In this document: positions 1 through 9,308 of the stretch, piece after piece
Layout of the letters: each line of letters opens with the position of its first letter
Position numbering within the stretch: position 1 is the stretch's first letter
Assembly (NCBI GenBank): GCA_963668645.2
Contig: CAXXWC010000006.1
Span: 156,386 to 220,385, forward strand
From: Desulfobacterales bacterium
GTDB taxonomy: Bacteria > Desulfobacterota > Desulfobacteria > Desulfobacterales > UBA2174
Direction: 5' to 3'
Length of the DNA stretch: 64,000 bases
Translations under genes and position numbers: made by a program
Notes under the pieces: generated by a model
What the model was told of the DNA's origin: nothing
What the model saw: the letters and a program-made list of their open reading frames with translations, nothing else
The model's database searches: none

Positions 1-60
1 ACGGCGGTCACCACACCCCGTACCATCGAAAAGACCGAATCCGGCAAAATGGCGCAATAA
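1..60 (+). CDS. possible 3' end of an upstream gene (partial)
   Basis: Frame 1 is open (TAVTTPRTIEKTESGKMAQ) to TAA at 58-60; too short to identify. Confidence 0.3.
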   Translation, partial: TAVTTPRTIEKTESGKMAQ

Positions 61-134
61 AAGAGAGGCTTCGAGCGGGAACCGCTGCACATTTTGCTTG
101 CTTTCGGCGCCAGTTTTGCTACTAACCCCACCTC

Positions 135-614
135 ATGATGCGCCCTGCCTGCATAGCGGATATCCGTGCCATTCATGGCCTTCTTAAAACTTTCGCTGAA
201 CGCGGCGAACTGTTGCCCCGTCCACTGGCCCAACTCTACGACCACCTGCGCGATTTTACGGTCTTTCTCGATCCGGCCGGGCGCAAAGTCGTCGGATGCT
301 GTGCACTCCAGTTCTGCTGGGACGATCTGGCGGAAATTCGCTCCCTGGCGGTAGCCCCTGAGGTTCATGGTCAGGGCATCGGCTCGCAACTGGTGCAAAA
401 CGCCCTGGAGGAGGCACGCCGCTTCAAGATCGCAAACGTCTTCACCCTCACCTACCGGCCCGGCTTTTTCGAGCGTTTCGGATTTTCACGCATCGACCGT
501 GCCGACCTGCCGATCAAGATCTGGGCCGACTGCATCACCTGCGTCAAGTTCCCCGACTGCGACGAAACCGCCATGCTTCTCTACCTGAGCCGCCAGCGTC
601 CCCGGACCCGCTGA
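135..614 (+). CDS. GNAT N-acetyltransferase, short ArgA (N-acetylglutamate synthase)-like
   Basis: LAEIRSLAV, acetyl-CoA motif HGQGIG, LTYRPGFF and a C-terminal KIWADCITCVKFPDCDE typical of stand-alone ArgA-like GNATs. Confidence 0.8.
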   Translation: MMRPACIADIRAIHGLLKTFAERGELLPRPLAQLYDHLRDFTVFLDPAGRKVVGCCALQFCWDDLAEIRSLAVAPEVHGQGIGSQLVQNALEEARRFKIANVFTLTYRPGFFERFGFSRIDRADLPIKIWADCITCVKFPDCDETAMLLYLSRQRPRTR

Positions 615-830
615 CAACGGCCTCAAAGTTTTTGCCCCTGGCTTCTGGGTCCGGCGCGCATCGAAAGACCGGGCAGAAGGTCGCCCGCCGGTGCAAAACG
701 GTCCGATCTTTACAAATTTGATTGTAAAAATCGATTCTTGCAAGTTGCAACAGAGGAAAGGTATAAAGACCGAACACCGTTTTTGAAAATCCAATCTTTA
801 CCCGTAGAACCGGCTGAAAAGAAACACCCA

Positions 831-2273
831 ATGGCACCAGACAACGAAGACAAAAAGAAGGCCCTTTCCGCTTCGACCAGCGAGCACTCCAAGCACAAAT
901 CGGTCCTTGAATACATCTCTGCGGATCTGCTCGAAAGCCTGATCGACAATCCATACGAAAGTTTGATCCTGGTGGATGCCGACGGGATCGTGCGGTTCGT
1001 TAACAACAGCTACGAAAAAGCCTATTCACGAAAATTTAAGGACTTCATCGGCCGTTATGTGCTGGAGGTGGCCCCGGAAAGCAGGCTGCCGGAAGTGCTC
1101 GAAACCGGCAAGGTCATCGTGGACCGCAGCCGTATTCTGGAGGACAAAAGCCAAATCGTCATCCGCCTGCCGCTCAGAAAACACGGCAAACTGACCGGCG
1201 CCCTGGGCAAGGTGATTTTCGCCCCTGCAGAAACGCTTCAGGAGCTGGCCCGCAAAATCACCGCCCTGGAAAAAAATCTGGCCCTCTATAAAGAGGCGCT
1301 GAAAAGCACGTGCACCAGTCGCTACACCTTCGAAGACATCATCGGTGAAACCGAAGGCATGCGCCGGGCCAAAGCCCTTGCACGCCAGAGTGCGGCAACG
1401 GATGCGGCCGTTCTCATACTGGGCGAGTCGGGCTCCGGCAAGGAGCTGTTCGCCCACGCGATCCATTCGGCGAGTCCCCGGCGGGAAAAGGCCTTTGTGA
1501 GCGTTAATTGCACCGCCATTCCCAACGAACTGATCGAATCCGAACTTTTCGGCTACGATCCCGGAGCGTTTACCGGATCGTTGCGCAAGGGCAAAAAAGG
1601 CAAATTCGAGCTTGCCGATAAAGGGACCATTCACCTGGATGAAATCGGCGACATGCCGTACCTGATGCAATCCAAGCTGCTGCGGGTGCTGGAAGAAGGC
1701 GAGATCGAGAAAGTCGGCGGCACCGTTCCCCAGCAGGTCGATTTTCGTCTGATTTGCACCACCAACCGGCCCCTGGAAGAGATGGTGAAAAAGGGCACCT
1801 TCCGCCTCGACCTGTTCTACCGCATCAACGTGATCGCCATCGTGGTCCCGCCGCTGCGGGACAACCGCGATGATATCCCCTTGATCGTCCAACATTTTTT
1901 GCACCGGCTGAAGGGCGCCAAGGCGGTTGAGGTCGAATCGATCTCCGATCAGGCCCTCGGGGTTCTCATGCGCTACAACTGGCCGGGAAACGTCCGGGAG
2001 CTAAAAAACGTGGTCGAACGGGCCATCGCGCTGTGCCGGGGGTCCGTCATCGAAATCGACGATCTACCCTCCTCGCTGCTCCAGGGCGCCTTGTGCGGGT
2101 CGAGAATGGAACCGGTGCGGCCGCTGAAGCAAATCACCGGTGCCGCCGAGCACCAGGCGATCCTCCAGGCGCTGCGCGCAACGGACAACAATAAAAGCGC
2201 CGCCGCCAAACTGCTGGAAATCCACCGCACCGCCCTTTACCAAAAGATGGTCAAATACGGCATTCCCGTCTAA
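831..2273 (+). CDS. sigma54-dependent transcriptional activator (PAS-AAA+-Fis HTH)
   Basis: PAS-like N-terminus, Walker A GESGSGKE, ESELFGYDPGAFTGS loop, LDEIGDM, WPGNVREL and C-terminal HTH; ATG 831 chosen over the upstream TTG. Confidence 0.92.
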   Translation: MAPDNEDKKKALSASTSEHSKHKSVLEYISADLLESLIDNPYESLILVDADGIVRFVNNSYEKAYSRKFKDFIGRYVLEVAPESRLPEVLETGKVIVDRSRILEDKSQIVIRLPLRKHGKLTGALGKVIFAPAETLQELARKITALEKNLALYKEALKSTCTSRYTFEDIIGETEGMRRAKALARQSAATDAAVLILGESGSGKELFAHAIHSASPRREKAFVSVNCTAIPNELIESELFGYDPGAFTGSLRKGKKGKFELADKGTIHLDEIGDMPYLMQSKLLRVLEEGEIEKVGGTVPQQVDFRLICTTNRPLEEMVKKGTFRLDLFYRINVIAIVVPPLRDNRDDIPLIVQHFLHRLKGAKAVEVESISDQALGVLMRYNWPGNVRELKNVVERAIALCRGSVIEIDDLPSSLLQGALCGSRMEPVRPLKQITGAAEHQAILQALRATDNNKSAAAKLLEIHRTALYQKMVKYGIPV

Positions 2274-2298
2274 GACCCGGCCCTTTTCAGCCGCTCCA

Positions 2299-2334
2299 TG
2301 TAGAAAATTTCCTACATGTCGATTTTTATCTACA
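2299..2334. promoter_or_regulatory. tandem TGT-N12-ACA upstream activator sites (bEBP UAS 1)
   Basis: TGTagaaaatttcctACA immediately followed by TGTcgatttttatctACA, ~135 bp upstream of a sigma54 promoter. Confidence 0.7.
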
Positions 2335-2469
2335 GCCTCTTCGGCTCATCCTGCCTGTTTTCGCTGCCCTGACTTTTTCCCATCTGCCCCCCTTGAGTGC
2401 CACACAAACGCGCTTTGAAGACGAATCACGGCGCGGCAGCAACCATGCCGGCGCCTAACAAATTACAAT

Positions 2470-2485
2470 TGGCAGACATATTGCA
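2470..2485 (+). promoter_or_regulatory. sigma54 -24/-12 promoter
   Basis: TGGCAGACATATTGCA matches TGGCAC-N5-TTGCW with exact GG/GC spacing. Confidence 0.8.
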
Positions 2486-2645
2486 GAAAAGTAGCTCCAC
2501 CGAAAGGTCGATACCCGCCTGCGGGATTGAAACGCGAAAGCTTCAATCGATGTGCAAAAGAGACGCCGGGCGAAAAATGTGAAGTTGCATTCTGCACGCG
2601 CCGGTCTGCTGTATTCAAGCCAACACTCAAAGAAAGGGACTCATC

Positions 2646-2867
2646 ATGGCAGAAGAGATTACCGCCCCCCTGTCGGGTAAAGTCATCAAAATCAATGCCG
2701 AAGCAGGCACTTCAGTGGAAGAGGACGACGAAATCCTGACCATCGAGGCGATGAAGATGGAAACCCTGGTCTATGCCCCTTGTACCGGGACGATTACCGA
2801 AATCCGGGTCAAAACCGGAACCGATGTTGAAGAGGACGACGTACTGGCGCTTATCGAAGCGAACTGA
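2646..2867 (+). CDS. stand-alone biotin carboxyl carrier protein
   Basis: 73 aa with the biotinylation motif IEAMKME. Confidence 0.9.
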   Translation: MAEEITAPLSGKVIKINAEAGTSVEEDDEILTIEAMKMETLVYAPCTGTITEIRVKTGTDVEEDDVLALIEAN

Positions 2868-2890
2868 AGGGCCGTCGATCCAATTTTCGC

Positions 2891-2932
2891 GGTTCATGCC
2901 GCCGCCTTGCCGTATCCACGGCGGCATGAACC
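2891..2932. repeat. 14-bp perfect intergenic inverted repeat (RNA hairpin)
   Basis: GGTTCATGCCGCCG-N14-CGGCGGCATGAACC, no U-tract. Confidence 0.6.
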
Positions 2933-2984
2933 CGAACCCGCCCAAGGTTGGGCGGTGAATTTTCCAGCAAGCAAAGGAGCCATC

Positions 2985-4166
2985 ATGAACGAAGCGGTCA
3001 TCGTCAGCGCGGTGCGCACCCCTTTGGGCAACTTCAACGGATCGCTGGCCGGCATCGGCGCCACCCGCCTCGGGGCCATGGCCATCGCCGAGGCCGTCCG
3101 GCGCGCCGGCATCGACAAGGAGGCGGTCGACGAGGTCATCATGGGCCAGGTCCTGCCCTGCGGCTACGGCCAGAACCCGGCCAAGCAGGCTGCCGTGCAG
3201 GCCGGACTGCCCTGGAAGGCGGAATGCCTGACGATCAACAAGGTCTGCGGCTCGAGCCTCAAAGCAGTGATGCTCGCCGCCCAGGCGATCCAGACCGGCG
3301 ACGCCGAAGTCGTGGTGGCCGGCGGCATGGAGAACATGAGCCTGGCCCCCTATTACCTGGAAAAGGCCCGCTTCGGCTACCGCATGGGGCCCGGCGCCAT
3401 CCAGGACCACATGGTCCACGACGGGCTGTGGGACATCGTCAACGACTTTCACATGGGCATTTCCAACGAGCTGTGCTCGGAAAAGTACAACGTGACGCGT
3501 GAAGACCAGGACCGCTATGCGGCCGAAAGCTACCGGCGGGCCCTGGCGGCGCGCGACAGCGGCCGCTTCGACGAGGAGATCCTGCCGGTGGAGATCATCC
3601 AGCGTAAGGGCGAGCCGCTGGTGTTCAGCCGCGACGAATGCCCCCGGCCGACGGACTTCGAGACCCTCGGCCGGATGCCGGCCGCCTTTAAAAAGGGCGG
3701 GCTGGGCACGGCGGGCAACGCCTCGATCATCTCCGACGGGGCCGCGGCCACGGTGGTCATGTCCCGGGCGCGGGCCGAAGCCCTGGGCTGCCCGATCCTG
3801 GCCACGGTGGGGGCCCAGGCCTCGGCGGCCATCGACATGAAGTACGTGCTGGTGGCTCCGATCTGGGCCATCCCCAAATGCCTGGCCAAGGAGGGCATCG
3901 CCCCGGCCGATGTGGACCTGTACGAGATCAACGAGGCCTTTTCCGGCTCCACGGTGGCGGTGGTGCGGGAGCTGGGCCTCGATCCGGCCCGGGTCAACGT
4001 CAACGGCGGGGCCGTCTCGCTGGGCCATCCCATCGGGGCCTCGGGGTGCCGGGTGCTGGTGACCCTGCTCCACGAGATGATCCGCCAGGATAAAAAGACC
4101 GGCCTGGCCACTTTATGCCTCGGCGGCGGCGAGGCCGTGGCCCTGGTGGTCAAGCGGCAGCCATAA
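2985..4166 (+). CDS. acetyl-CoA C-acetyltransferase (thiolase)
   Basis: NKVCGSS, NEAF, GHPIGASG and CLGGG motifs; RBS AGGAG before ATG 2985. Confidence 0.95.
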   Translation: MNEAVIVSAVRTPLGNFNGSLAGIGATRLGAMAIAEAVRRAGIDKEAVDEVIMGQVLPCGYGQNPAKQAAVQAGLPWKAECLTINKVCGSSLKAVMLAAQAIQTGDAEVVVAGGMENMSLAPYYLEKARFGYRMGPGAIQDHMVHDGLWDIVNDFHMGISNELCSEKYNVTREDQDRYAAESYRRALAARDSGRFDEEILPVEIIQRKGEPLVFSRDECPRPTDFETLGRMPAAFKKGGLGTAGNASIISDGAAATVVMSRARAEALGCPILATVGAQASAAIDMKYVLVAPIWAIPKCLAKEGIAPADVDLYEINEAFSGSTVAVVRELGLDPARVNVNGGAVSLGHPIGASGCRVLVTLLHEMIRQDKKTGLATLCLGGGEAVALVVKRQP

Positions 4167-4213
4167 AACCGGCCGAATCGGACCGATCCCACCGCTCGGC
4201 CTGAAGCACCTGG

Positions 4214-4249
4214 TGTATTCTTTTATATACATGTCGATTTTTATATACA
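4214..4249. promoter_or_regulatory. tandem TGT-N12-ACA upstream activator sites (bEBP UAS 2)
   Basis: TGTattcttttatatACA-TGTcgatttttatatACA; shares TACATGTCGATTTTTAT with UAS 1. Confidence 0.7.
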
Positions 4250-4357
4250 TTATTTTCTGACAGTCTGCACCGCCCAACCGGCCTTACCGGCCCGGCAGAA
4301 AAATATTTTTCTTTAATTTTCATCAGGTTCCATTGGCCGCCAACATTGTTCACCCAG

Positions 4358-4373
4358 TGGCATGGATTGTGCT
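4358..4373 (+). promoter_or_regulatory. sigma54 -24/-12 promoter
   Basis: TGGCATGGATTGTGCT with correct GG/GC spacing; an AT-rich stretch lies between it and the UAS. Confidence 0.7.
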
Positions 4374-4466
4374 CAATGAATCCCAGTCAGTTCATTAAAT
4401 GATCAGCAAAAAGCACCGGCAATCCGTTTGAGATGTTTACCAAGCCAAGATTCCAGGAGAAAACGC

Positions 4467-5849
4467 ATGCCGCCTGAAACCCCAGTCATCGATGCCATCG
4501 TTCCCATCACCGACAACATCGTCAAACTCCGTTTCGAGGACCTTCCCACGCCGGTGGTCGAAAGCGCCAAGCTTTTCATCATAGATACCATCGGCACGGC
4601 CTTGGCAGGATCTACGGCCCCGGGGGTACAACCGTTGCTCGACGAGGTCATCGACAACGGCGGCAAACCCGAAAGCACGCTCTGGGGCGCTGGCGGCACC
4701 CAGCGCCTGCCGGCTGCTGCTGCGGCCCTGGCCAACGGTGTGATGGCCCATGCCCGGGATTTCGACGATACTCACGACGCGGCTATCGTACACGCGAACA
4801 CCTCCGTGCTGCCGGCAGCCTTTGCCATGGCCGAAAGCCGCCACAGCAACGGTCGGGATCTGATCCTGGCCGTGGTGCTGGGCGTCGATCTGGCCTGCCG
4901 TATGGGGCTGGCCGCACCGTCGCTGGGCGGCTGGATCCACTCTTCGACGCTGGCCTACTTCGGGTCCACGGCCGCCGCCGGCAAGCTGGCCGGATTGAAC
5001 GCCGAAAAACTCGTCCACGCCATGGGCATCGTTTACAGCCAGGTGGCCGGCAACACCCAATGTCTCATCGAAGGAGCACTCTCCAAAAGGATGCAGCCCG
5101 CCTTCGGCGCCCGGGCCGGTATCTTCTCGACGCTGCTGGCCGAACGGGGGGTCACCGGGCCCCAGCATCCGCTGGAGGGCAAGTACGGATTTTTCAACCT
5201 CTACCAGCAAGGCCACTACTCGCGCGAACGGCTGCTGCAGAACCTGGGCAGCGACTTCGAAAGCATCAACCTGAGCATGAAACCCTATCCGTGCTGCCGG
5301 GCCACCCATGCCTCCATCGACACGATCCTGGCCTGCCTGGCCGAGACGCCGTTTGCTGCCGAGGAGGTCGACTTCATTTCGGTGCTCGCCCCGCCGGTGG
5401 TGATGGACTTCGTCGGCCGGCCGTTTGCCATTGGCCCCAGTCCTCAGGTCAGTGCCCAGTTTTCCATTCCTTACACGGTGGCCACCTGCATCCTCAACAA
5501 GGAGATCTTTATCGGTGATTTCGAGGACGCCACCGTCTGTTCATCACCGGCCCTGGAATTGGCAAAACGCATTGAGGTGGTCGAACGCAGCGACGTGGAA
5601 GACCCCAAAGCGTTCGTGCCGATCCGTATGGAAATCCGCCTCAAGGACGGCCGTACCATTGTCCGCGAGGCCGATGGCATGAAAGGCAGTCCGCAGCAGC
5701 CCATGTCCACCGAGGAGTGCGTCGCCAAATTCAAAAAGTGCAACGACTACGCCCGCAGGCCTCTGCCGGCCTCAGGAGCCCAGGCCCTCATCGAACAGAT
5801 TTTGGCCCTGGAAACGGTCGCCGACGTTACCGCAATGAGCGCCCTGTAG
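4467..5849 (+). CDS. MmgE/PrpD family protein
   Basis: NGVMAHARDFDDTH, GWIH, EGKYGF, KPYPCCRATH and AQFSIPY motifs; RBS AGGAG. Confidence 0.9.
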   Translation: MPPETPVIDAIVPITDNIVKLRFEDLPTPVVESAKLFIIDTIGTALAGSTAPGVQPLLDEVIDNGGKPESTLWGAGGTQRLPAAAAALANGVMAHARDFDDTHDAAIVHANTSVLPAAFAMAESRHSNGRDLILAVVLGVDLACRMGLAAPSLGGWIHSSTLAYFGSTAAAGKLAGLNAEKLVHAMGIVYSQVAGNTQCLIEGALSKRMQPAFGARAGIFSTLLAERGVTGPQHPLEGKYGFFNLYQQGHYSRERLLQNLGSDFESINLSMKPYPCCRATHASIDTILACLAETPFAAEEVDFISVLAPPVVMDFVGRPFAIGPSPQVSAQFSIPYTVATCILNKEIFIGDFEDATVCSSPALELAKRIEVVERSDVEDPKAFVPIRMEIRLKDGRTIVREADGMKGSPQQPMSTEECVAKFKKCNDYARRPLPASGAQALIEQILALETVADVTAMSAL

Positions 5850-5921
5850 GATTGATTTTCAACAGGTGCTGAACCCGGTTGCCCGGACCGGTTTAAGATA
5901 AACAACAAGGAGAAAACGATT

Positions 5922-7118
5922 ATGACACAGGCAAAAGGACCTCTGGCCGGGATTACCGTGATCGATCTGACCATCGCTCTGGCGGGCCCTTTCGCGGCGA
6001 CGCTGCTTGGCGACCTGGGTGCCGAGGTAATCCACATCGAACGGGCCGGAGGCGGCGACTTCACACGCCAGTGGGTGCCGATCCAAGGCGACCTGGGCTA
6101 CTATTTCGCCATCGGCAACCGCGGCAAAAAATCGATGACCCTTGACCTGAAGACCGAAGCGGGTCGCGAAGTCTTTTTCCGTCTCGTGGAAAAGGCTGAC
6201 GTGGTGGTGGAAAACTTCGTGGCCGGGGTCGTCAACCGGCTCGGCGTCGGCTACGAACAGGTGAGCGCCAGGAATCCGGGCATCGTCTACTGCCATGTCT
6301 CCGGTTTCGGCCAGAACGGCCCCTATCGGGACCGGCCGGCCTTCGACCAGGTCCTCCAGGGCGAGTCGGGCATCATCAGCTACACAGGCACCGCGGACAA
6401 TCCCTGCAAGGTGAACGTACCGATCACCGACTATCTGTCTTCGCTTTACGGCGCCTACGCCATTCTCGCCGCCCTCTTCCAGCGCCAGCAGACCGGCCTG
6501 GGCATGGACCTGGATGTATCGCTGTTCGACTGCTCGGTCTCCATGATGCTCAATCTGCTCAACATGCATCACGTAACCGGCATGACCGACCGCGAGCTGC
6601 GCATGGGGTCGAAGTACTTTCTGGCCACGCCCTATGAACCGTACAAAACGGCGGACGACTCCTGGGTCAACGTCTGCGTGCTGACCGAACCGCACTGGAA
6701 GGCCTTTTGCATAGCGACCGGCCTGATGCACCTGCGCGACGACCCGCGCTTTAAGACCAACAAGGAACGCCTCGAAAACCGCGAGGCGTTGACACCGTTG
6801 ATCGAAGCGCGCCTGCTGGAAAAGACGCGCGACGAGTGGGTGCAGATTCTGCTGGCCGAGGGGGTCCCCTGCGGTGCGGTCAACTCCATCGGCGACGTGC
6901 TCGAGCACCCGCAGCTCAAACACCGCAAGACCATCGTCGACATCGACTACCCGGGCCTCGGTCCGATCAAGATGTTCAACAACCCGGTGAAATTCTCCGG
7001 TTTCGAGGTTGACGTGCGCCGCCCGCCGCGTATGGGCGAACACACCGAAGAGATCCTGGCATGGTGCGGCTATACAGAAGACGAACGCACCGAAATGCAA
7101 AAAAACGGCATTGTCTGA
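5922..7118 (+). CDS. class III (CaiB/BaiF) CoA-transferase
   Basis: LAGPFA..LGDLGAEVI, NRGKKS, ADVVVENF, SGFGQNGPY and PITD (catalytic Asp region). Confidence 0.93.
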   Translation: MTQAKGPLAGITVIDLTIALAGPFAATLLGDLGAEVIHIERAGGGDFTRQWVPIQGDLGYYFAIGNRGKKSMTLDLKTEAGREVFFRLVEKADVVVENFVAGVVNRLGVGYEQVSARNPGIVYCHVSGFGQNGPYRDRPAFDQVLQGESGIISYTGTADNPCKVNVPITDYLSSLYGAYAILAALFQRQQTGLGMDLDVSLFDCSVSMMLNLLNMHHVTGMTDRELRMGSKYFLATPYEPYKTADDSWVNVCVLTEPHWKAFCIATGLMHLRDDPRFKTNKERLENREALTPLIEARLLEKTRDEWVQILLAEGVPCGAVNSIGDVLEHPQLKHRKTIVDIDYPGLGPIKMFNNPVKFSGFEVDVRRPPRMGEHTEEILAWCGYTEDERTEMQKNGIV

Positions 7119-7152
7119 CCGCCACTGACCTCTGACAAGGATACCCGACTCC

Positions 7153-7686
7153 ATGGACGCTCCGATTCAACGCATCCTTTTCGCCACCGATCTGTCGGCC
7201 AAGGCGCGGCACATGTTTCCCTACGTGGCCAACCTCGCCGCCCGCCACTGCGCCGGATTGGTGATTTTGCACGTGATGCAGGAAACGCCGAAAAAAGAAA
7301 CCTACATGAACATGGTTGCCAACCTGATTGGCGAGGAGCGCTGGCTGGCTTTGCGCGAGGCCGACACCCAGCAGGCACGCAGCATTCTGATCGGTAAAAA
7401 GACCGAGGCCGACAGGATCCGCTCGGCCGTGGGCCACTTTTGCGACTTCATGCAAACCGAGCATCCGGAGATCAAGATTCTCGAAAACGACATCATCGCC
7501 GTCCAGGGCCCCGTGGCCGAGACCATCGTGCGAACAGCCGAGGAAACCGGTTGTGATGTGATCGTCATGGGATACCACCGGCGGGGCGGCCTGACCGATG
7601 TCATGGCCGGCAATGTCCTCAAGGCGGTGCTGCGCCAAAGCCGCATGCCGGTGTTCCTGATGCCGCCGCCGGACAAAACCGAATAA
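7153..7686 (+). CDS. universal stress protein
   Basis: ILFATDLS, ILHV, DVIVMG..G and VLRQSRMPVFLMP. Confidence 0.88.
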   Translation: MDAPIQRILFATDLSAKARHMFPYVANLAARHCAGLVILHVMQETPKKETYMNMVANLIGEERWLALREADTQQARSILIGKKTEADRIRSAVGHFCDFMQTEHPEIKILENDIIAVQGPVAETIVRTAEETGCDVIVMGYHRRGGLTDVMAGNVLKAVLRQSRMPVFLMPPPDKTE

Positions 7687-7730
7687 CAGCCGAGCGCCGA
7701 ATAGCGCAACTTAGGACAAGGGGGAAGAAT

Positions 7731-9272
7731 TTGGACCGGATTAGCCAACTCAAGGAGCGAAAGGCGCGTATCGTCGATGCGATCCGCCCGGAAACCAAGG
7801 AAAAGTTGTTTTACAGCAAGGGCATGTACCCGGCGCGCGAGCGCATCGCCAAACTGCTGGACCCGGACTCTTTTTTTGAAATCGATATGCTGGCCACCCA
7901 CCATTACAAAGAATTCGGCATGGATCAGCGCCAGATCCCCGCCGAAGGCGTCATCACGGGTTTTGGCTGCATCAACGGACGCAAGGTGGCGGTCTATGCC
8001 CAGGATTTTGCGGCCCTGGGCGGCTCCTACGGCGAAATGAGCGGCCGTAAGATCTGCGCCCTGATGGACACCGCCGCCACTTCCGGCATTCCGATCATCG
8101 GCATCTGCCATTCGGGCGGCCTGCGGTTGCACGAAACGCTGGGTCCGATGGAGATGTTCGGCCAGCTTTTCCGCCGCAACAGCATCTATTCGGGCGTCGT
8201 GCCCCAAATCTCGATCATTCTCGGGGTGGTGGCCGGCGGGCAGGCCTATTCACCTGGACTGACCGATTTTATCCTCATGACCCGCGAAAGCGCCATCTAC
8301 ATCGCCGGTCCGGCTTTCGTTAAAGCCCAGACCGGGGTGACCATCAGCGACGATGAACTGGGCGGGGCCCGGATGCACGCCCGTAACAACGGGCTGGTGG
8401 ACATCCTGAGCCAGACCGAAGACGAACTTTTCGGCCAAACGCGCCGCCTGCTCGATTATCTGCCGCTCAACTGCCGGGAAGGTGCGCCGCCGGTGCCGGC
8501 CGATGACGATCCGGAACGCTGCGCCGCTGAGCTCGACACCGTGGTCCCCGAAGCGGCCAACAAACCTTTCGACATGCACCGGGTGATTTTGCCGGTCGTC
8601 GACCAGGGCAGCTTTCAGGAGCTTAAAGCCAAACACGCACGCAACATGATCATCGGTTTTGCGCGGCTGGCCGGGCGCAGCGTCGGTGTGGTCGCCAACC
8701 AGCCCAATCACCTGGGCGGTTTGATTGACATCGATGCCGCGGAAAAGGCGGCCCGCTTCGTTCGCTTTTGCGATGCCTTCAACCTTCCAGTGGTCACATT
8801 CCAGGATTCGCCGGCCTACAAGATCGGCAAAAAAATGGAAGAAGCCGGCATCATCTACAACGGCGCCAAGCTGCTGCACGCCTATGCCGAGGCCACCGTA
8901 CCCAAGGTGACCGTCATCGTCAGAAAAGCCTATGCCGGGGCCTATATCGCCATGGGCAGCCAGTACATCGGTGCCGATTTGGTCTATGCCTGGCCGACGG
9001 CCGAAATCTCCAGCGTGGGGCCCGATACGGCCGCCAGCATCATCTTCCGCAAGCAGATCGCCGCATCGGAAAACCCCGCTGAAACGTCGTCACGCCTGAC
9101 CCAGGAGTATTACGACAAATTCGTCCAACCCTATCGGGCCGCCTCTTTGCGCCACATCAACGATATCATCGAGCCGCGCACCACACGGCCGACGTTGATC
9201 CGCTCGCTGGCCCTGCTGGAAGACAAAAACGAAGTACGGCCGTTTCGCAAGCATGGCAACATTCCCCTGTGA
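7731..9272 (+). CDS. acyl-CoA carboxylase/decarboxylase carboxyltransferase subunit (PccB/MmdA-like)
   Basis: EGVITGFG, QDF..LGGS, SGVVPQIS, RFVRFCDAFNLP, RKAYAGAY and C-terminal KHGNIPL; TTG start. Confidence 0.9.
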   Translation: MDRISQLKERKARIVDAIRPETKEKLFYSKGMYPARERIAKLLDPDSFFEIDMLATHHYKEFGMDQRQIPAEGVITGFGCINGRKVAVYAQDFAALGGSYGEMSGRKICALMDTAATSGIPIIGICHSGGLRLHETLGPMEMFGQLFRRNSIYSGVVPQISIILGVVAGGQAYSPGLTDFILMTRESAIYIAGPAFVKAQTGVTISDDELGGARMHARNNGLVDILSQTEDELFGQTRRLLDYLPLNCREGAPPVPADDDPERCAAELDTVVPEAANKPFDMHRVILPVVDQGSFQELKAKHARNMIIGFARLAGRSVGVVANQPNHLGGLIDIDAAEKAARFVRFCDAFNLPVVTFQDSPAYKIGKKMEEAGIIYNGAKLLHAYAEATVPKVTVIVRKAYAGAYIAMGSQYIGADLVYAWPTAEISSVGPDTAASIIFRKQIAASENPAETSSRLTQEYYDKFVQPYRAASLRHINDIIEPRTTRPTLIRSLALLEDKNEVRPFRKHGNIPL

Positions 9273-9308
9273 AAACGGCCTTGCCGAATCTAATGAAAGG
9301 GACAACTG

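Noticed and set aside
4177..4188. 12-bp match ATCGGACCGATC shared with 52022-52033
   Set aside because: Too short, only two copies and unrelated contexts; compatible with chance.
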